Shown piece after piece: positions 8,502 to 18,800 of a DNA stretch of 64,000 nucleotides (positions within the stretch are counted from its first letter, which is position 1; each line of letters starts with the position of its first letter). The stretch comes from an uncultured Treponema sp. (GTDB taxonomy: Bacteria; Spirochaetota; Spirochaetia; Treponematales; Treponemataceae): the NCBI RefSeq assembly GCF_945873775.1, contig NZ_CAMCEC010000005.1, positions 63,770-127,769 of the forward strand, read 5' to 3'. A model generated the notes under the pieces. That model was not told where the DNA came from and ran no database searches. It worked only from the letters and a program-made list of their open reading frames with translations. The translations under genes were made by a program, and so were the position numbers.

Positions 8502-9232
8502 TGAACGAAAAATTTTCAGCAGATTACAAGACAGACATAGAAGAGCGTGTGAATGAGATTTTGATTAAATCCCGCTTTGCAAAGGAATTTCCTTTAGACT
8601 GCTTTTTGCTTGTGGACGAAATTGGAAAAGAGATTGCAATTGCTCTAATGCCGTTCTCCTGGATAGAAGAGCATGGAATGAATGTGGATGATGTCATCAG
8701 TTCAAAGGACGCAGAAGCTGTCGAGTTTTGCGGAAGGTACATCATTTTCTACAATCAGAATATGCCTTCTGTCCGGATTGTATTCAGCATTGCGCACGAA
8801 ATCGGTCATATTGTGCCAGGACATGATATTGAGCATATTACAGAATACAGGAAGAAAAACGATTCAAGGTTCAAGGAGCTTTACGGGCAGAGCGAAATCG
8901 AGGCGAATTATTTTGCAGCTTGCCTTTTAATGCCGGAAGCCATAATAAACCGCCTGAAGTCGTTTGGCTGCTGCATAACAAAAGAGTTCTTGCAGACTTC
9001 TTTTGGAGTGTCAGAATCCGCATCTGAAATTCGCATAAAGACTTTAAGGCGGAATTCTCAAAGATATGTTTCTTATTGGACCAAGGACAAGTCTTTGGAC
9101 AATGCAGTTCTGCTGAAATTCGCTGATTTTATAAAAAAGATTTCTCCAAGACGAAAAAGCTATGAGGAAGAATACAGATATGAAGAGGAAATGCAGGAAG
9201 AGCGGAACAGATGGCTTGCAGAAGGATATTAG
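8501..9232 (+). CDS. ImmA/IrrE-family zinc metallopeptidase (DUF955)
   Basis: IFYN...RIVFSIAHEIGH (HExxH)...EIEANYFAACLLMP; GTG start overlaps the XRE stop codon. Confidence 0.9.
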   Translation: MNEKFSADYKTDIEERVNEILIKSRFAKEFPLDCFLLVDEIGKEIAIALMPFSWIEEHGMNVDDVISSKDAEAVEFCGRYIIFYNQNMPSVRIVFSIAHEIGHIVPGHDIEHITEYRKKNDSRFKELYGQSEIEANYFAACLLMPEAIINRLKSFGCCITKEFLQTSFGVSESASEIRIKTLRRNSQRYVSYWTKDKSLDNAVLLKFADFIKKISPRRKSYEEEYRYEEEMQEERNRWLAEGY

Positions 9233-9310
9233 CGGAAACTAAAGCCGATAGTATATTCGGCATAAAAATTAAAATAAAAAAGTCTGAAAACAGTTGCATG
9301 TTATGCGACA

Positions 9311-9406
9311 GGCAGCGGCTCCCAGACTTGACGGCATCAATAACGATACCAAATGTGGTTGTTTGATACTATCATTATTGATCCCCCGTATGCAAGAGCC
9401 GTTGCC
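9311..9406 (+). other. Structured leader or candidate cis-regulatory RNA
   Basis: GGCAGCGGCTC (9311-9321) pairs with GAGCCGTTGCC (9396-9406) and encloses ATCAATAA/TTATTGAT; it ends ~17 nt before a GAGGAGG RBS. Confidence 0.45.
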
Positions 9407-9438
9407 ACAATCTTCTATATTAGAGGAGGCAATGCCCT

Positions 9439-10209
9439 ATGGCAGCCAAATCAAATCTCATGGATTCTATTGAGAATCCTAACGGCCGTGTGTCTGTAAA
9501 GTTACAGCGCAACTATTTTTCAAAGGATTCTTCCGACAAGTATGTTGGAAGAATAGTCCGAAACACCCATACCGTCGGGAATGTCATTCAGCTTGTGGCG
9601 AACAAGGTTCCTCAGCTGGACATCGGCACGGTTTATTCCGTCTGCGATGCTTTTGAAAAAGTCATTGCAGAATCGCTTGGAGGCGGAAACTCTGTAAACT
9701 GCCTGAACCTTGGCGTGTTCTACATCGCCTGCAAAGGCTCAACTGACGGAAGCAGTTTTTCGCCGAACATCACGGTAAAATTTATTCCGTCAGAGCTTAC
9801 AAAGTCCGCAATCTCAAATGTTACGGTCGAGCATGAATCTTATTCTGAACCGGCTGCGACTATCAGCAGAATTGTTGACATTGACACAGGGGATGATGAC
9901 GGAAATCTTTCTTTGAACGGCTCTGTGCAGATTTCCGGCAAAAAACTTCTGATTGGAGGAGAGGGCGGCGGAATATGGTTTGCTCCAGCGTCTGGAGATA
10001 CGGCGGCTATTGACGAAAGCGGTGCGGACTGGATTCCAGTAACAGCAAAACTTTCCATAAACAAGCCCGGAACTCTGCTTTTTCCGTTGCCAAAGACGCT
10101 TTCTGCAGGCACGTACCGAATTGTGCTGAAAACAAGGTGCACTTCAAATTTGAAGTATGAGCGAAAGGAGCTTGTCTCAACAGTTTCAGACGCTCTTGTG
10201 ATAAAGTAA
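9439..10209 (+). CDS. HU-like DNA-binding domain plus DUF4469 (Ig-like) domain protein
   Basis: N-terminal VIAESLGGGNSVNCLNLGVFYIACKG (HU/IHF-like); C-terminal INKPGTLLFPLPKTLSAGTYRIVLKTR (DUF4469-like). Confidence 0.7.
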   Translation: MAAKSNLMDSIENPNGRVSVKLQRNYFSKDSSDKYVGRIVRNTHTVGNVIQLVANKVPQLDIGTVYSVCDAFEKVIAESLGGGNSVNCLNLGVFYIACKGSTDGSSFSPNITVKFIPSELTKSAISNVTVEHESYSEPAATISRIVDIDTGDDDGNLSLNGSVQISGKKLLIGGEGGGIWFAPASGDTAAIDESGADWIPVTAKLSINKPGTLLFPLPKTLSAGTYRIVLKTRCTSNLKYERKELVSTVSDALVIK

Positions 10210-10291
10210 TGCGCGTGCTTATCAGGACATTTGTTTTTTGAATTCTCCGACTAATTAACACTTGCATATTTGCAAAATCTTTTGCTAGACT

Positions 10292-10320
10292 AAGACCGTC
10301 ATTTTTGTGGCGGTCTTTTT
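10292..10320 (+). terminator. Probable intrinsic terminator
   Basis: AAGACCG...CGGTCTT hairpin followed by a T-run. Confidence 0.5.
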
Positions 10321-10357
10321 TATTGCTGACATTCTTAAAATTGACTGGAGAACTTTT

Positions 10358-11146
10358 ATGCCGATTATTACAAAGCCGAATTTTTTTGACGCAGATTATT
10401 TTTTTGTTTGCAAAGGAAATGAAATTCTAGTAAAGGACAATTCTTTAATTTCAAAAAAAGAATTTGAATTTTTTGCAAATGAAACTTTTTCAGACGACTG
10501 GTATATAGAAACAAATCTTTCATACAGCGCAGCCTTGGCAAAAGAAAATTGTTCACTTCCTGAAAACTGCAAATTTATTTCCGTCCGGCAATTCTGCTTT
10601 GAGCATAAAGAAACCGCATTCCCCGTTTCAAGAGCCGCAAGCATTTTAAAGCAAAGAAGCACATTTAAATTCTGCCCTTCATGCAAAGGAAAATTAATTG
10701 ATGACGAAACTGAATCCGCAAGAAAATGCCCGGACTGCAAAACAAAATTTTTTCCGCGGATAGAGCCTGCCACAATAACGCTCGTTTCCAAGAAAGATGA
10801 AATTCTTCTTGTAAAAAATAAAAATTCCGCATACAAAAATTACGCCTGCGTTTCAGGTTTTGTTGAACAAGGTGAAACTCTTGAGCAATGCGTCGCACGG
10901 GAAATAAAAGAAGAAACAAACATTGAAGTTCAAAATATAAAATACTGCGGAAGCCAAGCATGGCCGTTTCCAGACCAGCTCATGCTAGCGTTCACGGCGG
11001 AATACAAAAGCGGCGAAATAAAAATTCAAGAGTCTGAAATTCTTGAAGCCCGCTGGTTCAAAAGAAATGAACTTCCTCCAGAATCACAGTTGCCTCGTCC
11101 AGGTTCTGTAGCATGGAATTTGATAAATGGAATTTTTAAAAGCTAA
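10358..11146 (+). CDS. nudC: NADH pyrophosphatase (Nudix, zinc ribbon)
   Basis: FCPSC...CPDC...FPRIEPA; GFVEQGETLEQCVAREIKEE Nudix box; SQAWPFP. Start moved to the ATG after GGAG. Confidence 0.92.
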   Translation: MPIITKPNFFDADYFFVCKGNEILVKDNSLISKKEFEFFANETFSDDWYIETNLSYSAALAKENCSLPENCKFISVRQFCFEHKETAFPVSRAASILKQRSTFKFCPSCKGKLIDDETESARKCPDCKTKFFPRIEPATITLVSKKDEILLVKNKNSAYKNYACVSGFVEQGETLEQCVAREIKEETNIEVQNIKYCGSQAWPFPDQLMLAFTAEYKSGEIKIQESEILEARWFKRNELPPESQLPRPGSVAWNLINGIFKS

Positions 11147-11250
11147 AAAAGCAGAGTTTGACCACAGCAAAAAAAATATATAAAATAAAGAACATTTTCT
11201 AATTTTAATTTTTAGAAATGATTTTTTTGAAATTTCTACAGAGGAAAAAT

Positions 11251-12765
11251 ATGTCTGAATTTAATTTGATGAAACTGCAAAACGGAAGCGATGTGCGCGG
11301 AATTGCAATAGAAGGCGTTGAAGATGAGCACGTAAATCTTACAGACGAAGCCGCAAACTTAATAGGCCAGGCATTCGTTTTGTGGCTTGAAAAAAAATGC
11401 GGAAAAAAAGCAGCAGAACTTAAAATTGGAATTGGACGAGATGCCCGCATCACGGGAGAAAAACTTGCGCTTGCAGCCGCGGAAGGAATTTCTTCAACTG
11501 GAGCAAAAGTTGTAAGCTGCGGCCTTGCAACAACACCGGCAATGTTCATGTCAATTGTTTTTGACCAGACAAAGTTTGACGGCTCCCTTATGATTACTGC
11601 AAGCCATCTGCCATTCAACAGAAACGGAATAAAATTTTTCAATGCTGACGGCGGACTTGAGCACGAAGACATTGAAGAAATTTTAAAGACCGCGCAAAAT
11701 TTAAATCTGCAAAAAACAAATTCTCCATTCGCAGAAAACTTTGACTTGCTTTCAGTTTATGCAGAATATTTAAAGCAGACAATTTGCAAAGAACTGAATT
11801 CAACTGAATCAGAAAAGCCGCTTGCAGGATTAAAAATTGTTGTCGATGCAGGAAACGGAGACGCAGGATTCTTTGTAGACAAAATTTTAATTCCGCTTGG
11901 AGCAAACACAGAAGGAAGCGAATTTCTTGAGCCAGACGGAATGTTTCCAAACCACATTCCAAATCCAGAAAACAAACAGGCAATGCAGGCAATTCAAAAA
12001 GCCACAGTTCAAAACAAAGCAGACCTTGGATTGATTTTTGACACTGACGTTGACAGAATGAGCGCGGTTTTTCACACAGGCGAAGAAGTTAACCGTGATT
12101 CTATAATCGCGCTTTTTTCAGCTATACTTGCGCCAGATTTTCCGGGCAGCACTATTGTAACCGATTCAGTAACAAGCGACCGTTTAACTTTCTTCCTTGA
12201 AAAAAAACTTGGTTTAAAACATCTTCGCTATATGCGCGGATATAAAAATGTAATCGACAAATGCCGCGAACTTAATGAAAAGGGAATCGTTTCTCCGCTT
12301 GCAATGGAAACTTCTGGGCATGGAGCGTTAAAAGACAACTATTATCTTGATGACGGCGCTTTCCTTGCTGTAAAACTTATTTCGTCACTTGCAAAAGCTG
12401 CAAAAGAAAACAAAAAAATCGAAAGCTTTATTTCAGAACTTCCGCCTGCCGGAATTGAAGCGGAGTACAGATTTAAAATTAAGTCAGAAGATTTTAAGCA
12501 ATACGGAAAAAAAGTTCTTGAAGAATTCAAATCCCGTGCAACGAAAAACAACCTCGACCTTCCTGAAAATTTTGAAGGCGTGAGAATTTCTTTCCATGAC
12601 AAAAATGCAGAGGGCTGGCTTTTGCTGCGGCTTTCACTTCACGACCCTGTGATGCCGCTCAACATAGAAGGAAAAACTCAAAAAGACAAAGACGAAATTG
12701 TAAAAATAGCAAAAGAACTTGTTTCAGGCTTTGAATTGCTAGACACAAGCGTTTTAGACAACTAA
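11251..12765 (+). CDS. Phosphomannomutase/phosphoglucomutase
   Basis: NGSDVRG, ITASHLP (phospho-Ser), FDTDVDR and ETSGH motifs. Confidence 0.92.
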   Translation: MSEFNLMKLQNGSDVRGIAIEGVEDEHVNLTDEAANLIGQAFVLWLEKKCGKKAAELKIGIGRDARITGEKLALAAAEGISSTGAKVVSCGLATTPAMFMSIVFDQTKFDGSLMITASHLPFNRNGIKFFNADGGLEHEDIEEILKTAQNLNLQKTNSPFAENFDLLSVYAEYLKQTICKELNSTESEKPLAGLKIVVDAGNGDAGFFVDKILIPLGANTEGSEFLEPDGMFPNHIPNPENKQAMQAIQKATVQNKADLGLIFDTDVDRMSAVFHTGEEVNRDSIIALFSAILAPDFPGSTIVTDSVTSDRLTFFLEKKLGLKHLRYMRGYKNVIDKCRELNEKGIVSPLAMETSGHGALKDNYYLDDGAFLAVKLISSLAKAAKENKKIESFISELPPAGIEAEYRFKIKSEDFKQYGKKVLEEFKSRATKNNLDLPENFEGVRISFHDKNAEGWLLLRLSLHDPVMPLNIEGKTQKDKDEIVKIAKELVSGFELLDTSVLDN

Positions 12766-12876
12766 AAAAAATGTGGAATTTGCGTAAAAACCAGATTCCG
12801 CATTGACATAATTCATTTTTTTGTTCATAATTTAGTTCCCTGCGATATTTCGTTGGTGAGGATGGTGAACAAAGAC

Positions 12877-13089
12877 ATGGCAACAATCAATGTTGATGAG
12901 AATGAGAACCTCGAAAAGGCAATCAAACGCTTCAAGAGAATGGTTGAAAAAGAAGGTATTATCCGTGAATACAAAAAGCGTGAATATTATGAAAAGCCTT
13001 CTACAATCCTCAATCGCAAAAACAAATCATTGGCTCGTAAGCTTTTGAAAAAAAACCACAAGCCGCATGATTCTAAATCAGCTTACTAA
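12877..13089 (+). CDS. rpsU: 30S ribosomal protein S21
   Basis: [33 protein letters not shown]. Confidence 0.95.
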   Translation: MATINVDENENLEKAIKRFKRMVEKEGIIREYKKREYYEKPSTILNRKNKSLARKLLKKNHKPHDSKSAY

Positions 13090-13099
13090 TTGTGATTGG

Positions 13100-13124
13100 A
13101 ACCCTGGAAATCTCCGGGGTTTTT
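13100..13124 (+). terminator. Intrinsic terminator after rpsU
   Basis: AACCCTGGA/TCCGGGGTT hairpin plus T-run. Confidence 0.6.
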
Positions 13125-13174
13125 ACATTTTAAAACAAGCAAATAAAATTTCAGTTTTTCAAAAAGAGGAGCTT

Positions 13175-13882
13175 ATGAAAATTCAGGACGACAATGAAAA
13201 TTACAGGCAGCTTTGCTTTAAATGTATGCGGCCAGTTTCTTCATGCTACTGCAAATATACAGCTCCTATAAACTGCGGAATAAAATTTGTTTTTCTAATG
13301 CATCCAAAAGAAGCTAAAAAACAACGCACAGGAACAGGACGTCTAGCTTCTCTTTGCCTTCCCGAAAGTGAAATTCTTATGGGAATTGATTTTACAAAAA
13401 ACAAGCGTCTTGAAGAACTTTTAAATGATCCGCAGTATTATCCAGTTTTGCTCTACCCTTCACCAGATGCCTGGACTTGCAGCAAAGAAGGATTCAAAGA
13501 AACAATACAAGGAAAAAAACTGCTTGCAATAATTGTGGATTCAACTTGGTTCTGCTCAAAAAAAATTCTTCGATACAGCACAAATATAAATTCTCTGCCG
13601 AAATTTTCATTCATCGGAAACTACAAAAGCATTTTCACTTTTAAACATGAACCGCAGGAATATTGCGTTTCAACAATTGAAACTTGCTACTATCTGATTA
13701 AAGAACTGCAGTCAACAGGAATTGTGGACAAAGGAATTTCACCAGAGCCGCTTATGACAGTTTTTAAACAGATGATAAAGTTTCAGCTTCAAAAAGAAAA
13801 CGACCGCATAGAAGGAAAAATTCCAAATAGCCATGCAAAAGACTGGAAATACACACGCAAAAAAGAAATTCCAAACTTCTAG
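13175..13882 (+). CDS. DTW-domain tRNA-uridine aminocarboxypropyltransferase
   Basis: CFKC...CYC, LMHPKE....TGTG, LLYP, VDSTW (DTW) and STIE motifs. Confidence 0.88.
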   Translation: MKIQDDNENYRQLCFKCMRPVSSCYCKYTAPINCGIKFVFLMHPKEAKKQRTGTGRLASLCLPESEILMGIDFTKNKRLEELLNDPQYYPVLLYPSPDAWTCSKEGFKETIQGKKLLAIIVDSTWFCSKKILRYSTNINSLPKFSFIGNYKSIFTFKHEPQEYCVSTIETCYYLIKELQSTGIVDKGISPEPLMTVFKQMIKFQLQKENDRIEGKIPNSHAKDWKYTRKKEIPNF

Positions 13883-13895
13883 CAGCCGAGTTTTT

Positions 13896-15020
13896 TTATT
13901 TTTTCACATACGGAATATCTGAATTCTTATAGCCCGGAGTTGCAGTTTTTGCAACAATCCAACAGTCTTTTCCATTTACTATCGGCTGGCCATTTTTATA
14001 TGCCGCAATAGCTTCCTTTAAATTTTGCCGCGAAAGACTTCTTGTTGTTGCTGTAGGAGTAACATTATCACAGCAAACCGCATTTTCAACAGAAGCACCG
14101 TCTTGCCATACTCCGCTTTCTGAAACAATAGAAGCAAAATCAGAAATTCCTTTTTTCCATTCTGTGCAATCTGATTTTGCAAAAACAACCGCATCAAGAA
14201 TTTCAGAAGTATTGGAATTTCTTAAAACAACTATGTCGCTGGCAGCAAACGGCTTTTTTGTGCATTCGCTCCACAAGTCCCTTGCAGTATCGCAAGAATC
14301 CTCATGCGTAGAAAGCTTTAAATTATTTTCAAGCTCATTAAACATTCCTTCACCATCAAGACCTTCTGCAACAATCGTTCTCATGTGCAAGGTAACATAG
14401 TCGCCCTTTTTTACTTCAATTGCAGGAAGAATAAATTTTGTTTTGTCTCCATTCGCCGCGCTTATAATTTCAAGTCCAGAAAGATTTCCTTCCTTTAAAA
14501 CATAAAGCTCAACAAATTCGCTGCGATGAACTCTTTCCTTTGTTTCTTTTATCGTTCTTGTTCCATAAGCATTTCTAAGTTCTGTAATTATAACTTTTGC
14601 AGGGTTGCTGTTAAATCCTTTAAACGGAACACTGAACGTCAAGGAATTTCCCGCAGAATCAAAAGCCATGCCTTCAATTTTGTAATCAATTCCAATTGCG
14701 GTTTCATTTTTAAATTCAAGCAAAACTGTATTCTCTTCATATTTACATTCTACATTTCCCATGCTTGAAATTTCATCTGATAAAAAAAGTTCCGTGTTTT
14801 TCAGCTCGACTTCCCTTGAAAAATCTATGCGCGCAGAATTAGAAGATGTGGCGCAAAACTTTGTTATCTTGGGAACAGAAAAATCCCCAGACAAAAGCTC
14901 AAGATTTTCCACAGAAGAACGGCACGACATAGGACAAACTGAAAAAGTGACAGCAAACAAAAGCCCTGCGGAAACAAAAATCATCTGGCTTAATTTTTTT
15001 ACAAATTGATTTGAATTCAT
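13896..15020 (-). CDS. Conserved exported protein with a lamin-tail-domain-like C-terminal half
   Basis: N-terminal hydrophobic segment with Cys; VIITEL...SEFVELY and ATPGYKNS resemble LTD motifs; AGGAG RBS before 15020. Confidence 0.55.
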   Translation of the reverse strand: MNSNQFVKKLSQMIFVSAGLLFAVTFSVCPMSCRSSVENLELLSGDFSVPKITKFCATSSNSARIDFSREVELKNTELFLSDEISSMGNVECKYEENTVLLEFKNETAIGIDYKIEGMAFDSAGNSLTFSVPFKGFNSNPAKVIITELRNAYGTRTIKETKERVHRSEFVELYVLKEGNLSGLEIISAANGDKTKFILPAIEVKKGDYVTLHMRTIVAEGLDGEGMFNELENNLKLSTHEDSCDTARDLWSECTKKPFAASDIVVLRNSNTSEILDAVVFAKSDCTEWKKGISDFASIVSESGVWQDGASVENAVCCDNVTPTATTRSLSRQNLKEAIAAYKNGQPIVNGKDCWIVAKTATPGYKNSDIPYVKK

Positions 15021-15135
15021 AAACACTCCTATAATTTTTTGATACGACAAGCGCTCTTGATATTTTTATTACCTAAAAATAAAAAAAAATGCATTGTGAT
15101 TCCATTTTTGCATAAAATTCATTAAACTTTTTTTT

Positions 15136-15882
15136 ATGGAATACAAATCATTTTTTGAAGAAGATAAAAAAATTTTTCATGCTCAGTCAAATATTTATTT
15201 CAGCCAATGCAATGCAAACAAAGACCTAAGCTTGCATGAGCTTTTAAAAATAACTTCTGATATTGCAGTTGAAGATTACAGGCAACGCGGAATGTCGCGC
15301 GAAATTCTTAAAGACAACGGATTTGGAATTCTTGTTTCAAGATGTTCGTATAGAATTCATCAGTGGCCAAAAGAAAATCAATTTATAGAAGTTGAAACTT
15401 GGGAAGAAAAACCGCAGGCTCTTCAGTTTATGCGCGGCTATAGAATTCTTGATGAAAATAAAAATGTCTTAGTTTCTGGAAAATCATCATGGCTTTTAGT
15501 CGATATAAATGAACGCCGAATTCTTCCACTAAAAAAATTCACGCTAAGAACTCCACCTGAGTTTTGCATTGAACTTAACTGCGACAAGCCGGATAAAATT
15601 CTTCAGCCCGAAAAAAGCGAGCTGTGGGACACACGGACAATAAAGTTTTCAGACTTGGATGCAAACGGACACACAAACAATGCAAGATATGCTGCATTTG
15701 TTGAAGATGCAATTCCAGAAGAATTCCGCGGAAGAAAGCCAAAAGACTTCAAAATAAATTTCGCAAAGGAAGCAATGCTAAATGATAAAGTAGAAATTTT
15801 TGGCTTTAAAGAGGAAAACAAAATAACTTTCCTTGGAAAAACTCCGGAATCAGTTTCCTTTGAAGCAATCATTTCATATTAA
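15136..15882 (+). CDS. Acyl-ACP thioesterase
   Basis: Two hot-dog repeats; DLDANGHTNNARY motif. Confidence 0.88.
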   Translation: MEYKSFFEEDKKIFHAQSNIYFSQCNANKDLSLHELLKITSDIAVEDYRQRGMSREILKDNGFGILVSRCSYRIHQWPKENQFIEVETWEEKPQALQFMRGYRILDENKNVLVSGKSSWLLVDINERRILPLKKFTLRTPPEFCIELNCDKPDKILQPEKSELWDTRTIKFSDLDANGHTNNARYAAFVEDAIPEEFRGRKPKDFKINFAKEAMLNDKVEIFGFKEENKITFLGKTPESVSFEAIISY

Positions 15883-15886
15883 AAAA

Positions 15887-18800
15887 TCATACCGTATAAT
15901 CTGAAATATCAATTTCCTTGTCGTAACGAAGATAATAAAGAAAAGTTTTTATATCTTTTGTATCGACCTGGAAAATTTCAGAAGCGGCTTTGCGATAACA
16001 AGAAAGCTGTTCGATATAAAGTTCTGGCTTTGCAACACGGTCTGTTTTGTAATCAACAATAAAAAATTTTTTGTCTGAATCTTGAAAAATCAAATCCATT
16101 GAACCTGTAAAAATCGTATCGTCCATAAGAAATTTAAATTTGTTTTCAGCTTTGCAAAGACGGTTGCTTCTTTTTGCATCTGCAACTTTTTTTCCAAGAT
16201 CACTTTGTTTAAAAGCTTCACACATAGACACAATAGTCTTTAAAAGAATTTCCTTAGCTTTTTGATTTTCAGAAAGTTTCTTTGCAACAATTCTGTCAAT
16301 AAAATTTTCAGCATTTAAAAGATTTCCAGTAGAAACAAAGCATTCAAGATAAGAATGCGCAAGTTTTCCAAAATCAGCATAATTAAATTCAGCAGAAGCA
16401 GAATCCTCTTCATTCTCTTCTAAAATATCAGAAGCTGGCTTTAAAACAAAATCAACAGAAGAGTATTCTTCGTTTATTTTAAATGCGTCGTCAATTTTTA
16501 CAGTTGTTTTTGGAGGCAACTTTTCAAGACCGCTTGGCGTTTGAGTTTTATCAAAAAATTCTTGAGGAAAATCAATGTCTTTTTCAAATGGAGTTTTGTC
16601 ATAAAAAGAAGAAAACAATTCTATCTTTTTCTGCCTAAGTTCATCTAAACTTATTTTATCATCTGCGCGGACTTTTGTAGAAACAGGATTTATTTTTATA
16701 AAATCAAACGGCGCGCCATGTTTATTAAACACAGGCACATTGCAATACGATTCAAAAGAAAAATCATTGTCGGCATAAAGTTCCTTCTGATAATAAAAGC
16801 GGCAAAGCTTGTGCATCAAGGAAAGTGAGCCATCATATTTTTTTTCAGCATTATCAGACTCGTCAAACTTCTTTAATTCCTTGCTTCTTGAAAGACTTCC
16901 GACTAGATGCACATCTTCTTCTGCCCGCGTAATGGCAACATAAATTTTACGTTTTTGTTCAGCAAGTTCTCTTAAAGCAGAGTCTTCTTTTTGGCGTACA
17001 GAAAAGTAATTTCCACCTTCGCCCAAAGCGCATAAAGAAACTCCAGTTGCGTTTTTTTCGTCAAATCCGTCTTCATCAAAAAAGAAAGTTCCTGTTGTTT
17101 GCGCTTTAGGATTTCCCCAAATTCCAATAACAAAGACATGCTTAAACTGCAAGCCTTTGCTCTGATGAATTGTCATAATTTTTACAGCGTCAGGTTTTTC
17201 AAGCGGATAAGAAATCTCTTTTAGCTCAAGTTCAACGCTCTCATCATTCATATAAGATGAAATTTCTTTCTTTTTTGCAATTCCAAGTTGATCAACAAAC
17301 CAAGAAATGCTTTTTCCTTCGTTTTCAGCCTGACGCGCAGTTTCATAAAGCAAGTCAAACTGCTCTGAATAAAGTGAAAGATTTCTATTTAAAATTGTCT
17401 CAAAGTAATATCCAGTTTTATACCACAAAAATTCAAGTGATTTTGTAAGACTTTGAGAAAGAATATCTTCCCGCAATTCTTCATAAAAACTTTTTGCAGA
17501 CAAATATTTTTTCAGATCAGAATCAGAAAGAGAAAGTTCATCATTTTCCTCAAATGCAGAAAAAATAATTTCAGAATTCTTTGTCTTTTTTACTGATGCT
17601 GATAAAATATTTTGAACGCCTTGCATGCTTATTCCAGCAAATGGCGAAGAAAGAAAAGCTGCAAACGCATTTGAATCTGAAGGATAAACGCAAAACCTTA
17701 AAAAACTGTAAAAGTCATTTACAATTCCTTCTGAAAAAACATTTGTCTGACGGTCAACTGTATAAGGAATGTTAAAAAGAGAAAGATACCTTTGCAAATA
17801 AAATCTTCCTGAACGAGAATTGTCCAGAATTGCATAGTTGTTAAAGTTAGAATCTTTTTTTGAAAGCTCATAAATTTTTCTAGCTATAAAATATGCTTCT
17901 GTTTCTTTTTCGCTAAGACATTTTCCATAGTTTACAAAATCAGCAAAGTTGTTTCCGTCTTCATTTTCTCCTGTATTTAAAAGACATAAGTGAATAGGAA
18001 CATTACTTGCATCAACAGAAGCCGGGATTTCGTTTTTTTTCAAAGCATTGTGTTTATATTCGGCTTCATAGCTTTTTATATCTGCAATTCCATTTTCTTC
18101 TGAATAAAACAAAGAAGGAATTTCAGTTTCATTCAATGGCCGTTTGTCATCGCAGTTTCCAAACATCAGATTAAAAGAATAAAGCAAAGGAACAGAAGAG
18201 CGGTAATTGTTTGTCATATTCAAGTTAACATTTTCTTCTGAACCAGAGTTATCCTTTAAAGATTTTTTTAACTCATTGAATACGCTTACATCTGCCCCGC
18301 GGAATTTGTAAATCGACTGTTTTTCATCTCCAACAAAAAATAATTTTTCCGCAGAAACATTTTTTTCAAGCTCAGCAAAAAATTCTGTTTCAGTTTTGTC
18401 TTCAATTAAAAGTTCTTTGCCATTATTTTCAGAAATAAGAAACAAAAGCTCCTTGTTTTTTTTGTTGTTATCTTGAAACTCATCTATCATTATTTTCTTT
18501 ATAAGATTTTTTTGCTGCTTTCTGATGTCTGGCTGCTCAACAAGAATCCTCAAAGCCAAGTCACCAACATCTTTAAAAGAAAGATTCCCAGAAATGCGTT
18601 TGGTATTATTTACTTCTTCAAGGAATTCATCAAGAAGTTCAAACATTCTTTTTTGCGCAGAAAAGTTTTTTATAAAATTCACGACAGAAACAACAATAGG
18701 AATCGTTTCTCTTATTATCTTTATAATTTCCTTGATTTCTTTTACAGGTTCTTTGCTTCCGCCTTTATTCATGCTTATTGAGCAAATAGAATTTATACTT

